64,000 nt of DNA from Coraliomargaritaceae bacterium. Lineage in GTDB: Bacteria > Verrucomicrobiota > Verrucomicrobiia > Opitutales > Coraliomargaritaceae. The first letter of the stretch is position 1. Each line of letters starts with the position of its first letter. Positions 1 through 9,379 of the stretch are shown one piece after another. Under the pieces are notes generated by a model. That model was not told the DNA's origin, searched no databases, and worked only from the letters and a program-made list of their open reading frames with translations. Where the stretch lies: the NCBI GenBank assembly GCA_965656495.1, contig CBFHKU010000001.1, positions 338,781-402,780 on the forward strand, read 5' to 3'. The translations under genes were made by a program, and so were the position numbers.

Positions 1-2
1 AA

Positions 3-626
3 TTTGCTTACCGGGGTCAGTCTTCTTTTAGCTTCGTAAAGGAAATCGCGGCACAAGATGGAGTACTGCAATACAGGCCGCTGCTTTCAGTGGATTTTGG
101 AACACCCGGGCAAAAAATGATCGTTCTCCTGCGACGCCCGGACGCCACGCTGCAAGCCCTGGTCTATGACCTCAGTGTCCAAGTTATTCCGGGTGAAGTG
201 GTGTGGCTGATTAACCTGAGTCGACAAACGCTTCTGGCTAAGATTGATGAAAAAAGCGCACAAGTGGCATTTCGGCAGATGGAGGAATTTCCGGTGGAAG
301 GCGAAGGGACAAAATATCGGGTGCCGTTTGTATTGGCTTATGAAATGGGTAACACTCCGCAATTCATTGAAAGACGCCGTCTTGCAGTGCGAAAAAACGG
401 ACGCGTGCTCCTTATCGTATACCCGGAAAGACAAAACCCAATGCAACTGACCTACCACAAGCATGGGGTGGGTAAGCCGCTTACTCCGGATCACACAAAC
501 GCATCTGACAAAGTTTACAATTACCGCCGCAGCACTATAGAAGAAGAACTGGAGAAGCGCCGGCAAATTTTGCGGGAAGCCGGACGCGGTGCGGCTGCAG
601 AAAGTACTCCGGATCCACAGCCTTAA
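3..626 (+). CDS. Hypothetical protein, 5' end lies outside the window
   Basis: The frame of ORF 90..626 stays open back to base 3 (FAYRGQSSFSFVKEIAAQ...). No family recognised. Confidence 0.7.
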   Translation, partial: FAYRGQSSFSFVKEIAAQDGVLQYRPLLSVDFGTPGQKMIVLLRRPDATLQALVYDLSVQVIPGEVVWLINLSRQTLLAKIDEKSAQVAFRQMEEFPVEGEGTKYRVPFVLAYEMGNTPQFIERRRLAVRKNGRVLLIVYPERQNPMQLTYHKHGVGKPLTPDHTNASDKVYNYRRSTIEEELEKRRQILREAGRGAAAESTPDPQP

Positions 627-731
627 AACTTTGGAGCCGCATGGCCTATCCCGGGCCGACTCATGGAAATCTTCAGTTCTCGATTCAAAAAGCTCCATTG
701 CGGGGGCGGGCGCATTGCGCTAGTTTGAAGG

Positions 732-2186
732 ATGTCACTTTATAAAATACTCGCCGCCTGCGCCCTGTGTCTTGGATGTCTGGTGAGCGGTGGTCATCTC
801 TCTGCTGGAGAGGATCTCCGTGGAACGCGCCCGAACATCGTCTTCTTCCTGGCGGATGATCAAAGTTTCCCGGACCACGCCATCAACGGTAATTTCAAGG
901 TGCCGACGCCGGTGACGCTGGCATTTTCGCAGGAGGGTTTGGTCTTTGATCGCGCCTACACGGGGCAGGCGGTCTGCGCCCCCAGTCGGTCGATGCTTTA
1001 CTCGGGTTTGTATCCCATCCGCAATGGTTGTTTCCTGAATCACTACGCGGTGCGCCGGGGGGTGAAGACCCTCGCTTCCTATTTGCGGGAACTGGACTAC
1101 ACGGTCGTTCTCGCGGGGAAGTCGCACGTAAAGCCAGCTTCGCAATTCCCCTGGTCGGAACACATGAACCCCGTCCGTCAGCAGGGGCTCCCGCGTCCGG
1201 TTATTCCGGTGGAAAAGATGGATCGTTTCATCGGAGGAGCGGGGGATTCGCCTTTTTGTATTATCGTCGCGAGTGAATACCCACACGGGCCCTACATTAA
1301 AAACACGCCCTTCGGGAAAGGGGATATTCAAATGCCGCCCTATCTACCGAGCACGGAATGGAACCTGAATCGCGCCACCCAGTATTACGCCAGCATCCTG
1401 CAAAAGGAGAAGGAATTCCTCGCGGTCTTGAATCTCTTGAAAAAGCACGGGCGCGAATCGGACACCCTGGTTTTTTATGCCGATGATCACGGCGCGGATA
1501 TGGGGAAGTTCACGGTTTCGGATCGCGGGTTGCGGGTTGCGTTCATGGCGCGTTGGCCGGGTAAAATTACGACCGGTCGCACCGCCGCGCTCACGAGTTT
1601 TGCGGACTTTGTGCCGACCGCGATTGAACTGGCAGGTGGGACGGTGCCTGCGGGGCTGGACGGCAAGAGCCTCCTTCCGGTTCTCAGCGGCGCGAGCCAG
1701 CAACATCACGACTACGTATACGGAGTTTCTCATAACCAAGGAATTCAAAGACGCAGCGTCTTTCCGCAACGTTCGGTGCATGATGGGCGTTATCACTACG
1801 TCCGCAACTTTAACACCATGGAACGCATTGAGCGCGATCGTGCTGCGGGTAAGGAGATCAATTACTTCCTGGAGCGCGGCGCGAAGGAACACGGTAAACC
1901 CGAAGAGGAACTCTACGATACCGAGGCGGATCCCTTTGAATTCAAAAACCTCGCTGCCGACCCTGCGCTCGCGGCAACGAAGGCTCGCCTGAAAGCGGCA
2001 CTCTTTGCTTGGATGGAACAACAAAAGGATCACCTCAGCGAGGATGGACCCATCACTTTGTTCGCGGTGGAGAAACATCAACTCAATCTGACTGAGCCGC
2101 AATTCAACTATACCGTACCGGAGGAACACGCCGGCCCCGTTGCCGGACTTGTTGATCCCCACGCCAGTACCGAGCCGAACCCCTGA
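732..2186 (+). CDS. Secreted Cys-type sulfatase (N-sulfoglucosamine sulfohydrolase-like)
   Basis: Signal peptide, RPNIVFFLADD, formylglycine motif CAPSR, GKSH, DDHG, EELYD..ADP.E..NLA. Confidence 0.93.
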   Translation: MSLYKILAACALCLGCLVSGGHLSAGEDLRGTRPNIVFFLADDQSFPDHAINGNFKVPTPVTLAFSQEGLVFDRAYTGQAVCAPSRSMLYSGLYPIRNGCFLNHYAVRRGVKTLASYLRELDYTVVLAGKSHVKPASQFPWSEHMNPVRQQGLPRPVIPVEKMDRFIGGAGDSPFCIIVASEYPHGPYIKNTPFGKGDIQMPPYLPSTEWNLNRATQYYASILQKEKEFLAVLNLLKKHGRESDTLVFYADDHGADMGKFTVSDRGLRVAFMARWPGKITTGRTAALTSFADFVPTAIELAGGTVPAGLDGKSLLPVLSGASQQHHDYVYGVSHNQGIQRRSVFPQRSVHDGRYHYVRNFNTMERIERDRAAGKEINYFLERGAKEHGKPEEELYDTEADPFEFKNLAADPALAATKARLKAALFAWMEQQKDHLSEDGPITLFAVEKHQLNLTEPQFNYTVPEEHAGPVAGLVDPHASTEPNP

Positions 2187-2274
2187 GCTAAAGCTTCTGC
2201 ATGAAGGCACTTGCTGAGGCCTTTTTTTAAAAGGTGTTTACTTTGGTTAAATATTTTGATTCTATGGTATAATA

Positions 2275-2919
2275 ATGAATAAATGTAAATTTTTTATAGT
2301 TCTTGTTTTTGCCGGTTTACTGCAACTTTCATTTACAGGGCTATATGGACAGGCATTGATCGCATACACCTTGAATTTATCTGAGGATTTAACAGTGAAT
2401 GCTGATAAGTCACAGGCCGTATGGACTGAAGGAGATCTACGTCTGACTATTTCTGTGGATATTGATGAATATAATGGCGCAGGCTTGGCGGGAATTTCTC
2501 ACGCACCGAATCGTTGGGGTATTGATTTATTTGCTGGGGTTGATGACGAAATGAATTTGTCTTTTAACAAACCCGTTAAAATCAAAAGTCTTAGGTTCCG
2601 AAGGAGCCGATACTTGGATAACAACGATAAACTTGAATTCAAAATTAACAGTAGCGTGGTCCACACCTTAAGTGGAGTGACATCTTTGAATCCGAATGAC
2701 TATAGTTTTAATTCCGTAATTGAATTAGCGGCAAATGAAACTTTGGTGATTCTTTCTAAACATTTTACAGACGCCGCTAACCAACCTTTTTCGAAACAAC
2801 TTGTTGTGGATAGAATGTATATCGATGTTGTTCCCGAGTCCTCGTACTATCCAATTATTTTTGGATTACCGGTCTTTATCCTTGTGATGCTTCGCCGTAT
2901 TAATGGCAATCGCCCCTGA
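2275..2919 (+). CDS. PEP-CTERM-type surface protein
   Basis: N-terminal signal peptide; C-terminus VPESSYYPIIFGLPVFILVMLRR (VPE, hydrophobic helix, basic residues). Visibly AT-richer than its neighbours. Confidence 0.8.
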   Translation: MNKCKFFIVLVFAGLLQLSFTGLYGQALIAYTLNLSEDLTVNADKSQAVWTEGDLRLTISVDIDEYNGAGLAGISHAPNRWGIDLFAGVDDEMNLSFNKPVKIKSLRFRRSRYLDNNDKLEFKINSSVVHTLSGVTSLNPNDYSFNSVIELAANETLVILSKHFTDAANQPFSKQLVVDRMYIDVVPESSYYPIIFGLPVFILVMLRRINGNRP

Positions 2920-2926
2920 TATTAAT

Positions 2927-3772
2927 TTAAGTTCTTCTGTTCCACCGTGCCCAGGTGCCACTGGGAACCTGCAGCACGGTGTCTTCTCCCTGTAGGAGCA
3001 TCTCGCCCTGTTCGAGTGTTCCGCCGGGGAGAAGCTGCCGGAGGAGGTTGCTCAGCACGGTGGGTGTGAAGCCGGGGGTATGACTGGTCAAATAAACGAA
3101 AGCGGGTCGGTCGCTGAGGACGTTCTTGACAAGCTGCAGGGTCTCGAGGAGGGCGTGTTCGATTTTATAGAGTTCACCGCTCTTGCCGCGCCCGAAGGAG
3201 GGCGGGTCGAGCAGCACCGCATCGTAACGCCGGCCCCGGCGTTCCTCGCGTTGCAGGAATTTGTTGACGTCGTCCACGATCCAGCGGATGGGGTGTTCCT
3301 CTAATTGATTGAGCGCGGCGTTTTCACGCGCCCATGCAACCATACCTTTGGAGGCGTCAACGTGACAACAATGGGCACCTCCCTGTGCCGCCGCGAGGGT
3401 GGCGCCGCCGGAATAGGCAAAGAGATTGAGGAAATTCAAGGGTTCTTTGCGGCTCTTGGTTTCCGTTTTGATCCGTTCACGAATCCAGCGCCAGAGCTCA
3501 CGGGTTTCCGGGAAGACCCCGAGGTGACCGAAATCGGTGGTGGCGAGTTTCATACAGACGCCCTCAATGGTGGCGTTCCAGGCCTCCGGGAGCGCTTCAC
3601 GGCCCCGCCATTCCAAGCCGTCCTTGCGGGTGAAGTAGGCATCGGCTTCTTTCCAAAGCGCCGGGGTGGAGGGATTCCAAACCGCCTGTGCGCAGGGCCG
3701 ATCCAAAAGGATGGTTCCGAAGCGTTCGAGTTTGCGGCCGTGACCGCTGTCGAGGAGGGCGTATTCGTTCAT
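2927..3772 (-). CDS. Class I SAM-dependent methyltransferase (RlmI/YwbD-like)
   Basis: [47 protein letters not shown]. Confidence 0.9.
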   Translation of the reverse strand: MNEYALLDSGHGRKLERFGTILLDRPCAQAVWNPSTPALWKEADAYFTRKDGLEWRGREALPEAWNATIEGVCMKLATTDFGHLGVFPETRELWRWIRERIKTETKSRKEPLNFLNLFAYSGGATLAAAQGGAHCCHVDASKGMVAWARENAALNQLEEHPIRWIVDDVNKFLQREERRGRRYDAVLLDPPSFGRGKSGELYKIEHALLETLQLVKNVLSDRPAFVYLTSHTPGFTPTVLSNLLRQLLPGGTLEQGEMLLQGEDTVLQVPSGTWARWNRRT

Positions 3773-3870
3773 GGGTTTGGCTGGTTGCAGCTTCTAACTT
3801 CTGATTCGGCCCCGCAGAATTGGCGACTATTAATTTAGGCTGCGGGGGCAGATGTAGTTAGTGGTGAAAA

Positions 3871-4355
3871 GAACCACGAAAACTTTGAACATCGAACATC
3901 GAACATCGAACGTTGAAGGGGAACCACGAATGGGCACGAATGGATTGTATCTCGTGGAAGCGACAATCCTGTCGCTTTGGTTGCACGGTTTGGGGAGGAA
4001 CCACGAAATAGACGAAATACACGAAAAGGGTGTTAGGGTCACTGACTTGTTACCATGTGCCCGGCATAGCCGGGAACCACTAATCTTCACTAATCTACGC
4101 TAATGAGGGAGGGGGTAATGGTGGGAAAGTATGAAGGTGGGAAGGTGGGATCAGTCTTAATCTTATTCTTACTCTTAATCATAATCTTGGGAGCTTCGAA
4201 CGGATTGCGTCTCGTGGAAGCGACAATCCTGTCGCTTTGCTTGTGCGGCTTGGGTTGAAAAGCGACAGGATTGTCGCTTCCACGGCTGGTGGATTAAGAT
4301 TAAGAGTAGGATTAAGATTAAGATTAGGATTAAGAGTAAGATTAGGAGTATGATT
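3871..4355. repeat. Mosaic intergenic repeat locus A
   Basis: AACATCG-type heptamers 3881-3915; CACGAA-containing repeats; REP-like hairpins 3954-3977, 4214-4237 and inverted 4260-4283; GTGGGAAR octamers ~4120-4150; TCTTAA hexamers 4155-4188 and their inverse 4292-4355. Confidence 0.9.
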
Positions 4356-4398
4356 TTGACAGCTTGACAGCAAATATATTTGATGCTTTGATGCTTTT

Positions 4399-4674
4399 AT
4401 GCGAACAACGGTAACTTTGGATGCGGACGTGGCGGAGTATATACGTGAGGCCTGTCACAAACGGAAGCAGAGCTTTAAGGCAGTGCTGAATGAGGCGTTG
4501 CGGGCGTCTTTGAAGCCGGCGGGGAGGCGTTCGCCGGAGCTTTTGAAGCCGCAGTCGTTGGGTTTGGTGGCGGGAGTGGATTCGCGGCGTTTGTCGGAAT
4601 TGGCGGACGATCTGGAGGCGGAAGCAGTGCTGGCGGCTGAGGCTCGAAGTAAATACGGAAAGGCGGGGGAATGA
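4399..4674 (+). CDS. vapB: VapB-type antitoxin (ribbon-helix-helix/CopG-like)
   Basis: MRTTVTLDADV...SFKAVLNEALR; ATGA overlap with the downstream PIN gene. Confidence 0.85.
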   Translation: MRTTVTLDADVAEYIREACHKRKQSFKAVLNEALRASLKPAGRRSPELLKPQSLGLVAGVDSRRLSELADDLEAEAVLAAEARSKYGKAGE

Positions 4675-5108
4675 TTGTGCCGGATGTGAATTTATTGCTG
4701 TACACGGTGAACACCGATCTTCGGGAGCATGAGCGGGCTTTTGCGTGGTGGTCTTCGGTTTTAAAAGCGGGGATGCCGGTGGGTCTGTGCGGATGCGTTA
4801 GTTTTGCATTTGTGCGTTTATCGACGAACCCGCGTGTGTTTTCGCGGCCGTTGGAGGTTTGTGATGCCTTTGCTTATCTCAATAATTGGCTGAGTTTTGA
4901 GGGGGTTCGAATCTTGGAAAACGAGGCGGGTGATCTGGCGGTTACACAGGGATTTCTTGAGGCAGCGGGTACGGGCGGCAATCTGGTGACCGATGCTCAG
5001 GTAGCGGCGGTGGCGCGGCGGGTTCAGGGAACGGTTTATAGCGCCGATGCGGATTTTGGGCGTTTTGAGCGCCTGCGCTGGAAAAACCCGCTGGTGGGGA
5101 AGCCGTAA
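4671..5108 (+). CDS. vapC: VapC-type PIN-domain toxin
   Basis: MIVPDVNLLLY, FVRLSTNPRVF, GNLVTDAQVAA, YSADADFGRF. Confidence 0.92.
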   Translation: MIVPDVNLLLYTVNTDLREHERAFAWWSSVLKAGMPVGLCGCVSFAFVRLSTNPRVFSRPLEVCDAFAYLNNWLSFEGVRILENEAGDLAVTQGFLEAAGTGGNLVTDAQVAAVARRVQGTVYSADADFGRFERLRWKNPLVGKP

Positions 5109-5178
5109 GAGTCGGGCTGGGAAGCTGGGGGTCAATTTTCCTCGTTTACAGCGGGGCCTCGTGCATTAGCTTCGCAGA

Positions 5179-5691
5179 ATGGACAGTTTATTGATTATTA
5201 CTATTAGTGGCCCGGATCGCGCGGGTCTGGTTGAACGACTCGCGGAGGAAGTGGCGGCCAACGGTGGGAATTGGGAGCATTGTCGGATGGCGCATCTCGG
5301 GGATCGTTTTGTTGGTCTGTTGCAGGTGCGAGTGTCGGGGGATCGCCAGCAGGATTTGGAGAGTGCGGTTCGTGCCATTCCGGATTTAGATGTTTTGATC
5401 GCGCATTCGGAGGGCGAGACTGCCGATGCTCCGAGCGAGGAAGTCTTTGAACTGGAGGTAACGGGCAGTGACCACCCCGGGATTGTGCGCGATATTTTCC
5501 GCGCCCTCGCGCAAGCCGGTGCAAATGTGGAGTCCCTCCGCACCGAAACCAGCAATGCCGCCGAGACCGGGGGCTTGCTCTTTACTGCGAAGGCGCGACT
5601 CAGTGGGAGTGCTGCCTTGGATATGGATTCCGTGCAGGCGAGTTTGGAAGCAATTGCGCAGGATATTCTTGTGGATTTTGTCTTAAAGTGA
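5179..5691 (+). CDS. Tandem ACT-domain protein (glycine cleavage regulator GcvR-like)
   Basis: Two ACT motifs, ITISGPDRAGLV and LEVTGSDHPGIV. Confidence 0.85.
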   Translation: MDSLLIITISGPDRAGLVERLAEEVAANGGNWEHCRMAHLGDRFVGLLQVRVSGDRQQDLESAVRAIPDLDVLIAHSEGETADAPSEEVFELEVTGSDHPGIVRDIFRALAQAGANVESLRTETSNAAETGGLLFTAKARLSGSAALDMDSVQASLEAIAQDILVDFVLK

Positions 5692-5692
5692 G
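5661..5692 (+). repeat. 32-bp direct repeat, copy 1 (3' end of the ACT gene)
   Basis: GGATATTCTTGTGGATTTTGTCTTAAAGTGAG; recurs at 12468-12499 with one mismatch. Confidence 0.95.
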
Positions 5693-5920
5693 GGGCGTCA
5701 TTTAAGTCTTATTGGAGCTATTCAGGATCTCAATCTCTTGAGTGTGCCGTATCTGCGGCTAGATTACGAAGGGCAAATTGTGATTTAGGATGCCCCTTTG
5801 TTTATTCTTAGCTGGAAGCTTGGCGAGCTTACGGAACCTTTAACGATTATACGTTTATAACGGACGATCTACTTTGTCTGTTTAGATTTATATTGTGTAG
5901 TATTTTAAGTGTAAATAAGT

Positions 5921-8296
5921 ATGTTCATGTTAAAAACCTTTACTTCTATGTATACTTACGCCGTAAGCCGCTCTCTGCTATTGCTGAGTTTTTTGACACT
6001 GAGTGGAGCCTTGTTTGGCCTGCCGGATTTGCGGGTTGCAATACTCCGTGATGGTGCATCGACCTACTTCGACCGTTTGAATACTCAGTTTAAATCGGAA
6101 TTGGAAGGGCTCTCAGAGGGTAAGCGTCGCATCATATTTGAGGATTGTTTTGATGCGGGCTATGATCCTGTGCGTGTACGCGAGCATCTCGAAGAGGCCT
6201 TGAGTGATGAAGGTATAGATCTGGTTTTTGCGGGAGGGCTTTTGGCAACAAAATTCAGTCAAACACGCAATGGCTTGGAAAAGCCAGTGATTGGAGGCGC
6301 ACTCCAGTTCTCTCCGGTCGATTCCGATTTTTTATCATCCAGCGGAACTTCAACGATTCCAAATTATACCTTTATTGCGAGTCATCAGCGGGTATCGACC
6401 GATTTAAATCAATTGGAGTCACTTACGGGGGCGCGTAAAATCTATATATTGGTCGATGAAGTTTACCGTGAGGTGCTGCGTGAGCGCGTGGATGTTGATG
6501 GCTTGGTTGGGATAGAAGGGACAAATCGGACGTACCCGCTCATTTTTGTGGGAGCAGAGGCCGATGCCACCTTGAGGGCAATTCCGGCAGACGCGGAAGC
6601 CGTCTATGTGACGGTATTGCCGCGTATGAATGAAGCGGACATGCAGGCTCTATACAAAGGTTTAGCGAATCGAAAGTTACCCTCCATTGCAATGGCGGGT
6701 CGTAGCGGAGTCGAGCAGGGTGCTTTGTTTGGCTTGGCTCCCAACACACTGAATGCGGTGGCGCGGCGAGCAGCACTCAATGTGCATTTTCTGGCTTCCG
6801 GTGAAACCACCGAACAATTACCGGTTTATCTGCCAGTGCAGGATCAATTAGTGATCAACGCCGAAACTGCCCAAGCGATTTCATGGTCTCCGGATTATGA
6901 CACCAGTCTGGCAGCTGAATTTATAGGGCGGGAATTTCGGATGGAGGGCGAGGGCATGCGCCTTAATCAAGCCTTGGCTATGGCGAGTGAGTTGAATGCG
7001 GATGCTGAGATCGCACGTGAGGAGGCTGTGATATCGCAGTCAGATATGAAGTTGGCGCGCAGTAATTTATTGCCGCAGGTAAATTTGGTTGGGAGTGATG
7101 GTTATACGCGGATGTATGACCGCATCACTCCAAGCACCACCCCGCAAAGTAATAATCAATTGAGCCTTGGCCTACAGTTGCGTCAGGTACTTTTTAACGA
7201 TGCCTTGAGGACAAGTTTTAAAACCAGTAAGATGCAGTCCGAGGCATTAAAGCTACAGGCGCATTCGGTAGAGCTGGATGCGGTGGCAGCGGTTGCAAAA
7301 GCCTATTTTAACTGCCTGCGTAGTGAGTTATTCTACAAGATTGAACGGGATAATCTGCGCTTGACGGAAAACCACTATCAGATGGCGAAGTTGCGGGTTG
7401 AAATAGGCTCGGCAGATGAGGCGGAGATCTATCGATGGGAGCAATCGCGTGCGCAGGGTCGGGCGGCCTTAATTCAAGCGGAGGCGGCGCGACTGAACGC
7501 AGTGGTGGAGTTTAATCGGCTTCTTGGTTTTCCCGGCGGCAAGCAATGGGATTTTGAGTCGATTGAAATGAGTGAGCGGGATCTATTCTTTATGGATTCA
7601 TATCTACTACCCCTGCTGGGTAACGCGGATCAATTCATGCGATTTGGCGATTACTTGAAGCAATGCGCGGTGGAGTATTCCCCGGAATTGAAGGCCTTTG
7701 ATGAGCAGATTTTGGCACAGGGGCTGGTTCTGAAGCAAAAGAAACGGCGTTCTTACCTGCCCGAGGTCGCGCTTTCTGCAAGCCTCAGTCACTCCAACCG
7801 CGACAATGATTTTATTAACAGGGATTCTGAACATCAGGCCTATGCGGAATTGACCTTCACGCTGCCAATATACGAAGGGTATCGCAAAGGTGAGGAAATT
7901 ATAAAAGCGCAGAGAACCCTGCGTCTTTTGAATGCACAGCGCGAAAAGGCGATTCAGCAAGTCGAGGCGGCCGCGATGAATGCTTTTCATACGATCCTTT
8001 CAGCGCATCCAAATATTCGATTGAGTCGTGCTTCGCTGGAGGCGGCGCAATTAAACTTTGATTCCGTCAGTGAAAAATATGCCGAGGGTGCGGCGAGTAT
8101 TCTCGATTTGATTGACGCGCAGCAAAGCTTGCTGGCTCGCCGTCAGGGAGCGACGGGAGCGGTTTATGACTACCTCACTGCGATTTTCCAAGTGCAGCGT
8201 TCCATCGCCTGGTTTGAATTTCAACAGAACGAAGCGGCCCGCTCGGAATGGGCTGAAGGATTTGGAACCTTTCTGCGCACCAACTCTCAAAAATAG
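5921..8296 (+). CDS. TolC-family outer-membrane efflux protein with an N-terminal periplasmic-binding-like domain
   Basis: C-terminal OEP repeats (ARSNLLPQVNL, RSYLPEVAL, ASILDLIDAQ). The first ~330 aa end in LVINAETAQAI, resembling ABC_sub_bind domains. Start codon uncertain. Confidence 0.85.
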   Translation: MFMLKTFTSMYTYAVSRSLLLLSFLTLSGALFGLPDLRVAILRDGASTYFDRLNTQFKSELEGLSEGKRRIIFEDCFDAGYDPVRVREHLEEALSDEGIDLVFAGGLLATKFSQTRNGLEKPVIGGALQFSPVDSDFLSSSGTSTIPNYTFIASHQRVSTDLNQLESLTGARKIYILVDEVYREVLRERVDVDGLVGIEGTNRTYPLIFVGAEADATLRAIPADAEAVYVTVLPRMNEADMQALYKGLANRKLPSIAMAGRSGVEQGALFGLAPNTLNAVARRAALNVHFLASGETTEQLPVYLPVQDQLVINAETAQAISWSPDYDTSLAAEFIGREFRMEGEGMRLNQALAMASELNADAEIAREEAVISQSDMKLARSNLLPQVNLVGSDGYTRMYDRITPSTTPQSNNQLSLGLQLRQVLFNDALRTSFKTSKMQSEALKLQAHSVELDAVAAVAKAYFNCLRSELFYKIERDNLRLTENHYQMAKLRVEIGSADEAEIYRWEQSRAQGRAALIQAEAARLNAVVEFNRLLGFPGGKQWDFESIEMSERDLFFMDSYLLPLLGNADQFMRFGDYLKQCAVEYSPELKAFDEQILAQGLVLKQKKRRSYLPEVALSASLSHSNRDNDFINRDSEHQAYAELTFTLPIYEGYRKGEEIIKAQRTLRLLNAQREKAIQQVEAAAMNAFHTILSAHPNIRLSRASLEAAQLNFDSVSEKYAEGAASILDLIDAQQSLLARRQGATGAVYDYLTAIFQVQRSIAWFEFQQNEAARSEWAEGFGTFLRTNSQK

Positions 8297-8301
8297 ATTT
8301 T

Positions 8302-9351
8302 ATGAACCAACCCACTTGTAAGCTCTTAGCGAAATCCAGTCTCGTAATCGGATTTTTTCTTTTAATCGGGTGTAGCTCTGAAGAAGTAGCAAGCCCTCAG
8401 CCGCGTCTTGCCGAGTTTGTTTTGGTGCCGGCGCCTCAGGCCGAACTGGCGCGTAGTTTTTCGGGTATATTGCAATCCACGCAGGCGGTTAATTTATCGT
8501 TTGAAGTCGGCGGGCGCACGCAGGCGGTTTTAGCATCGCAGGGGCGTTCATACCCGGCGGGGGCGGTATTGGCTCGCTTGGATGCGACCGATTATGAGAC
8601 ACGCCTGGATGAAGCGAAAGCATTGCATACGCAGGCAACGCAGGATTTACGTCGTTTGCAGCGACTCTTTGAATCGGGTAACACGAGTCAAAGTCAGCTG
8701 GATGCCGCGATTGCACAGGAGATGCGCGCCCGGGCCAGTGATGAATTGGCACGTAAGCAAGTAGAGTATTGCACCTTAACGATGCCCTACGCTGGAATGG
8801 TGGCTTCGGTCGATGTGGATGCTCAAGAGGTTGTGAAGGCGGGGCAAACTGTCATGCGGGTGCAAGGTGAAGGTGCCATGCAATTTGAATTCAGCGTGCC
8901 TTCTAATTTGATTGCGCAGGTTGCGCCGGGGCAGGAATTGACGGTGCAGATTACGGATGCCGGTAAGTATGCCGCGCGGGTGAAAGAGGTTTCGCCCATC
9001 AGTGAGCAAAATGCCGCATATCCGGTGATTGCCCAATTGTTGAAAGTGGATGCTGCTTTGCGTGAGGGGATGGATGGCGAAGCATCGCTGGAATTTTCAA
9101 ATCCTGACGGTCAGTATTCAAGCTTGCCCCTTTCGTGTGTAAGCGGAGCGACCGGCGAGTCGCAATATGTCTGGGTCATCAAGGAGAACGGAACACCTGG
9201 AACCGGAAAACTAACGCGCCGTGAGGTGGAGGTGGGGCCTTTGTTGGCAGATGGAAAAATCGCCATTATGAAAGGACTTGCGGCTGAAGAGCGGGTGTTG
9301 AGTCGTGGCGTCAACCGCGCGGAGGAGGGACAGGAAGTCCGGCTTCAATAG
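8302..9351 (+). CDS. RND efflux periplasmic adaptor (membrane fusion lipoprotein)
   Basis: Lipobox LIGC, LSFEVGG, GAVLARLD, LTMPYAGMV, GLAAEERVLSRGV. Confidence 0.93.
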   Translation: MNQPTCKLLAKSSLVIGFFLLIGCSSEEVASPQPRLAEFVLVPAPQAELARSFSGILQSTQAVNLSFEVGGRTQAVLASQGRSYPAGAVLARLDATDYETRLDEAKALHTQATQDLRRLQRLFESGNTSQSQLDAAIAQEMRARASDELARKQVEYCTLTMPYAGMVASVDVDAQEVVKAGQTVMRVQGEGAMQFEFSVPSNLIAQVAPGQELTVQITDAGKYAARVKEVSPISEQNAAYPVIAQLLKVDAALREGMDGEASLEFSNPDGQYSSLPLSCVSGATGESQYVWVIKENGTPGTGKLTRREVEVGPLLADGKIAIMKGLAAEERVLSRGVNRAEEGQEVRLQ

Positions 9352-9379
9352 ACCCCTTTTCCTCAAACCTATCTCAACA

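Noticed and set aside
3871..5108. Integron cassette array (attC sites with a toxin-antitoxin cassette)
   Set aside because: The hairpins lack the RYYYAAC...GTTRRRY ends, and no integron integrase is present.
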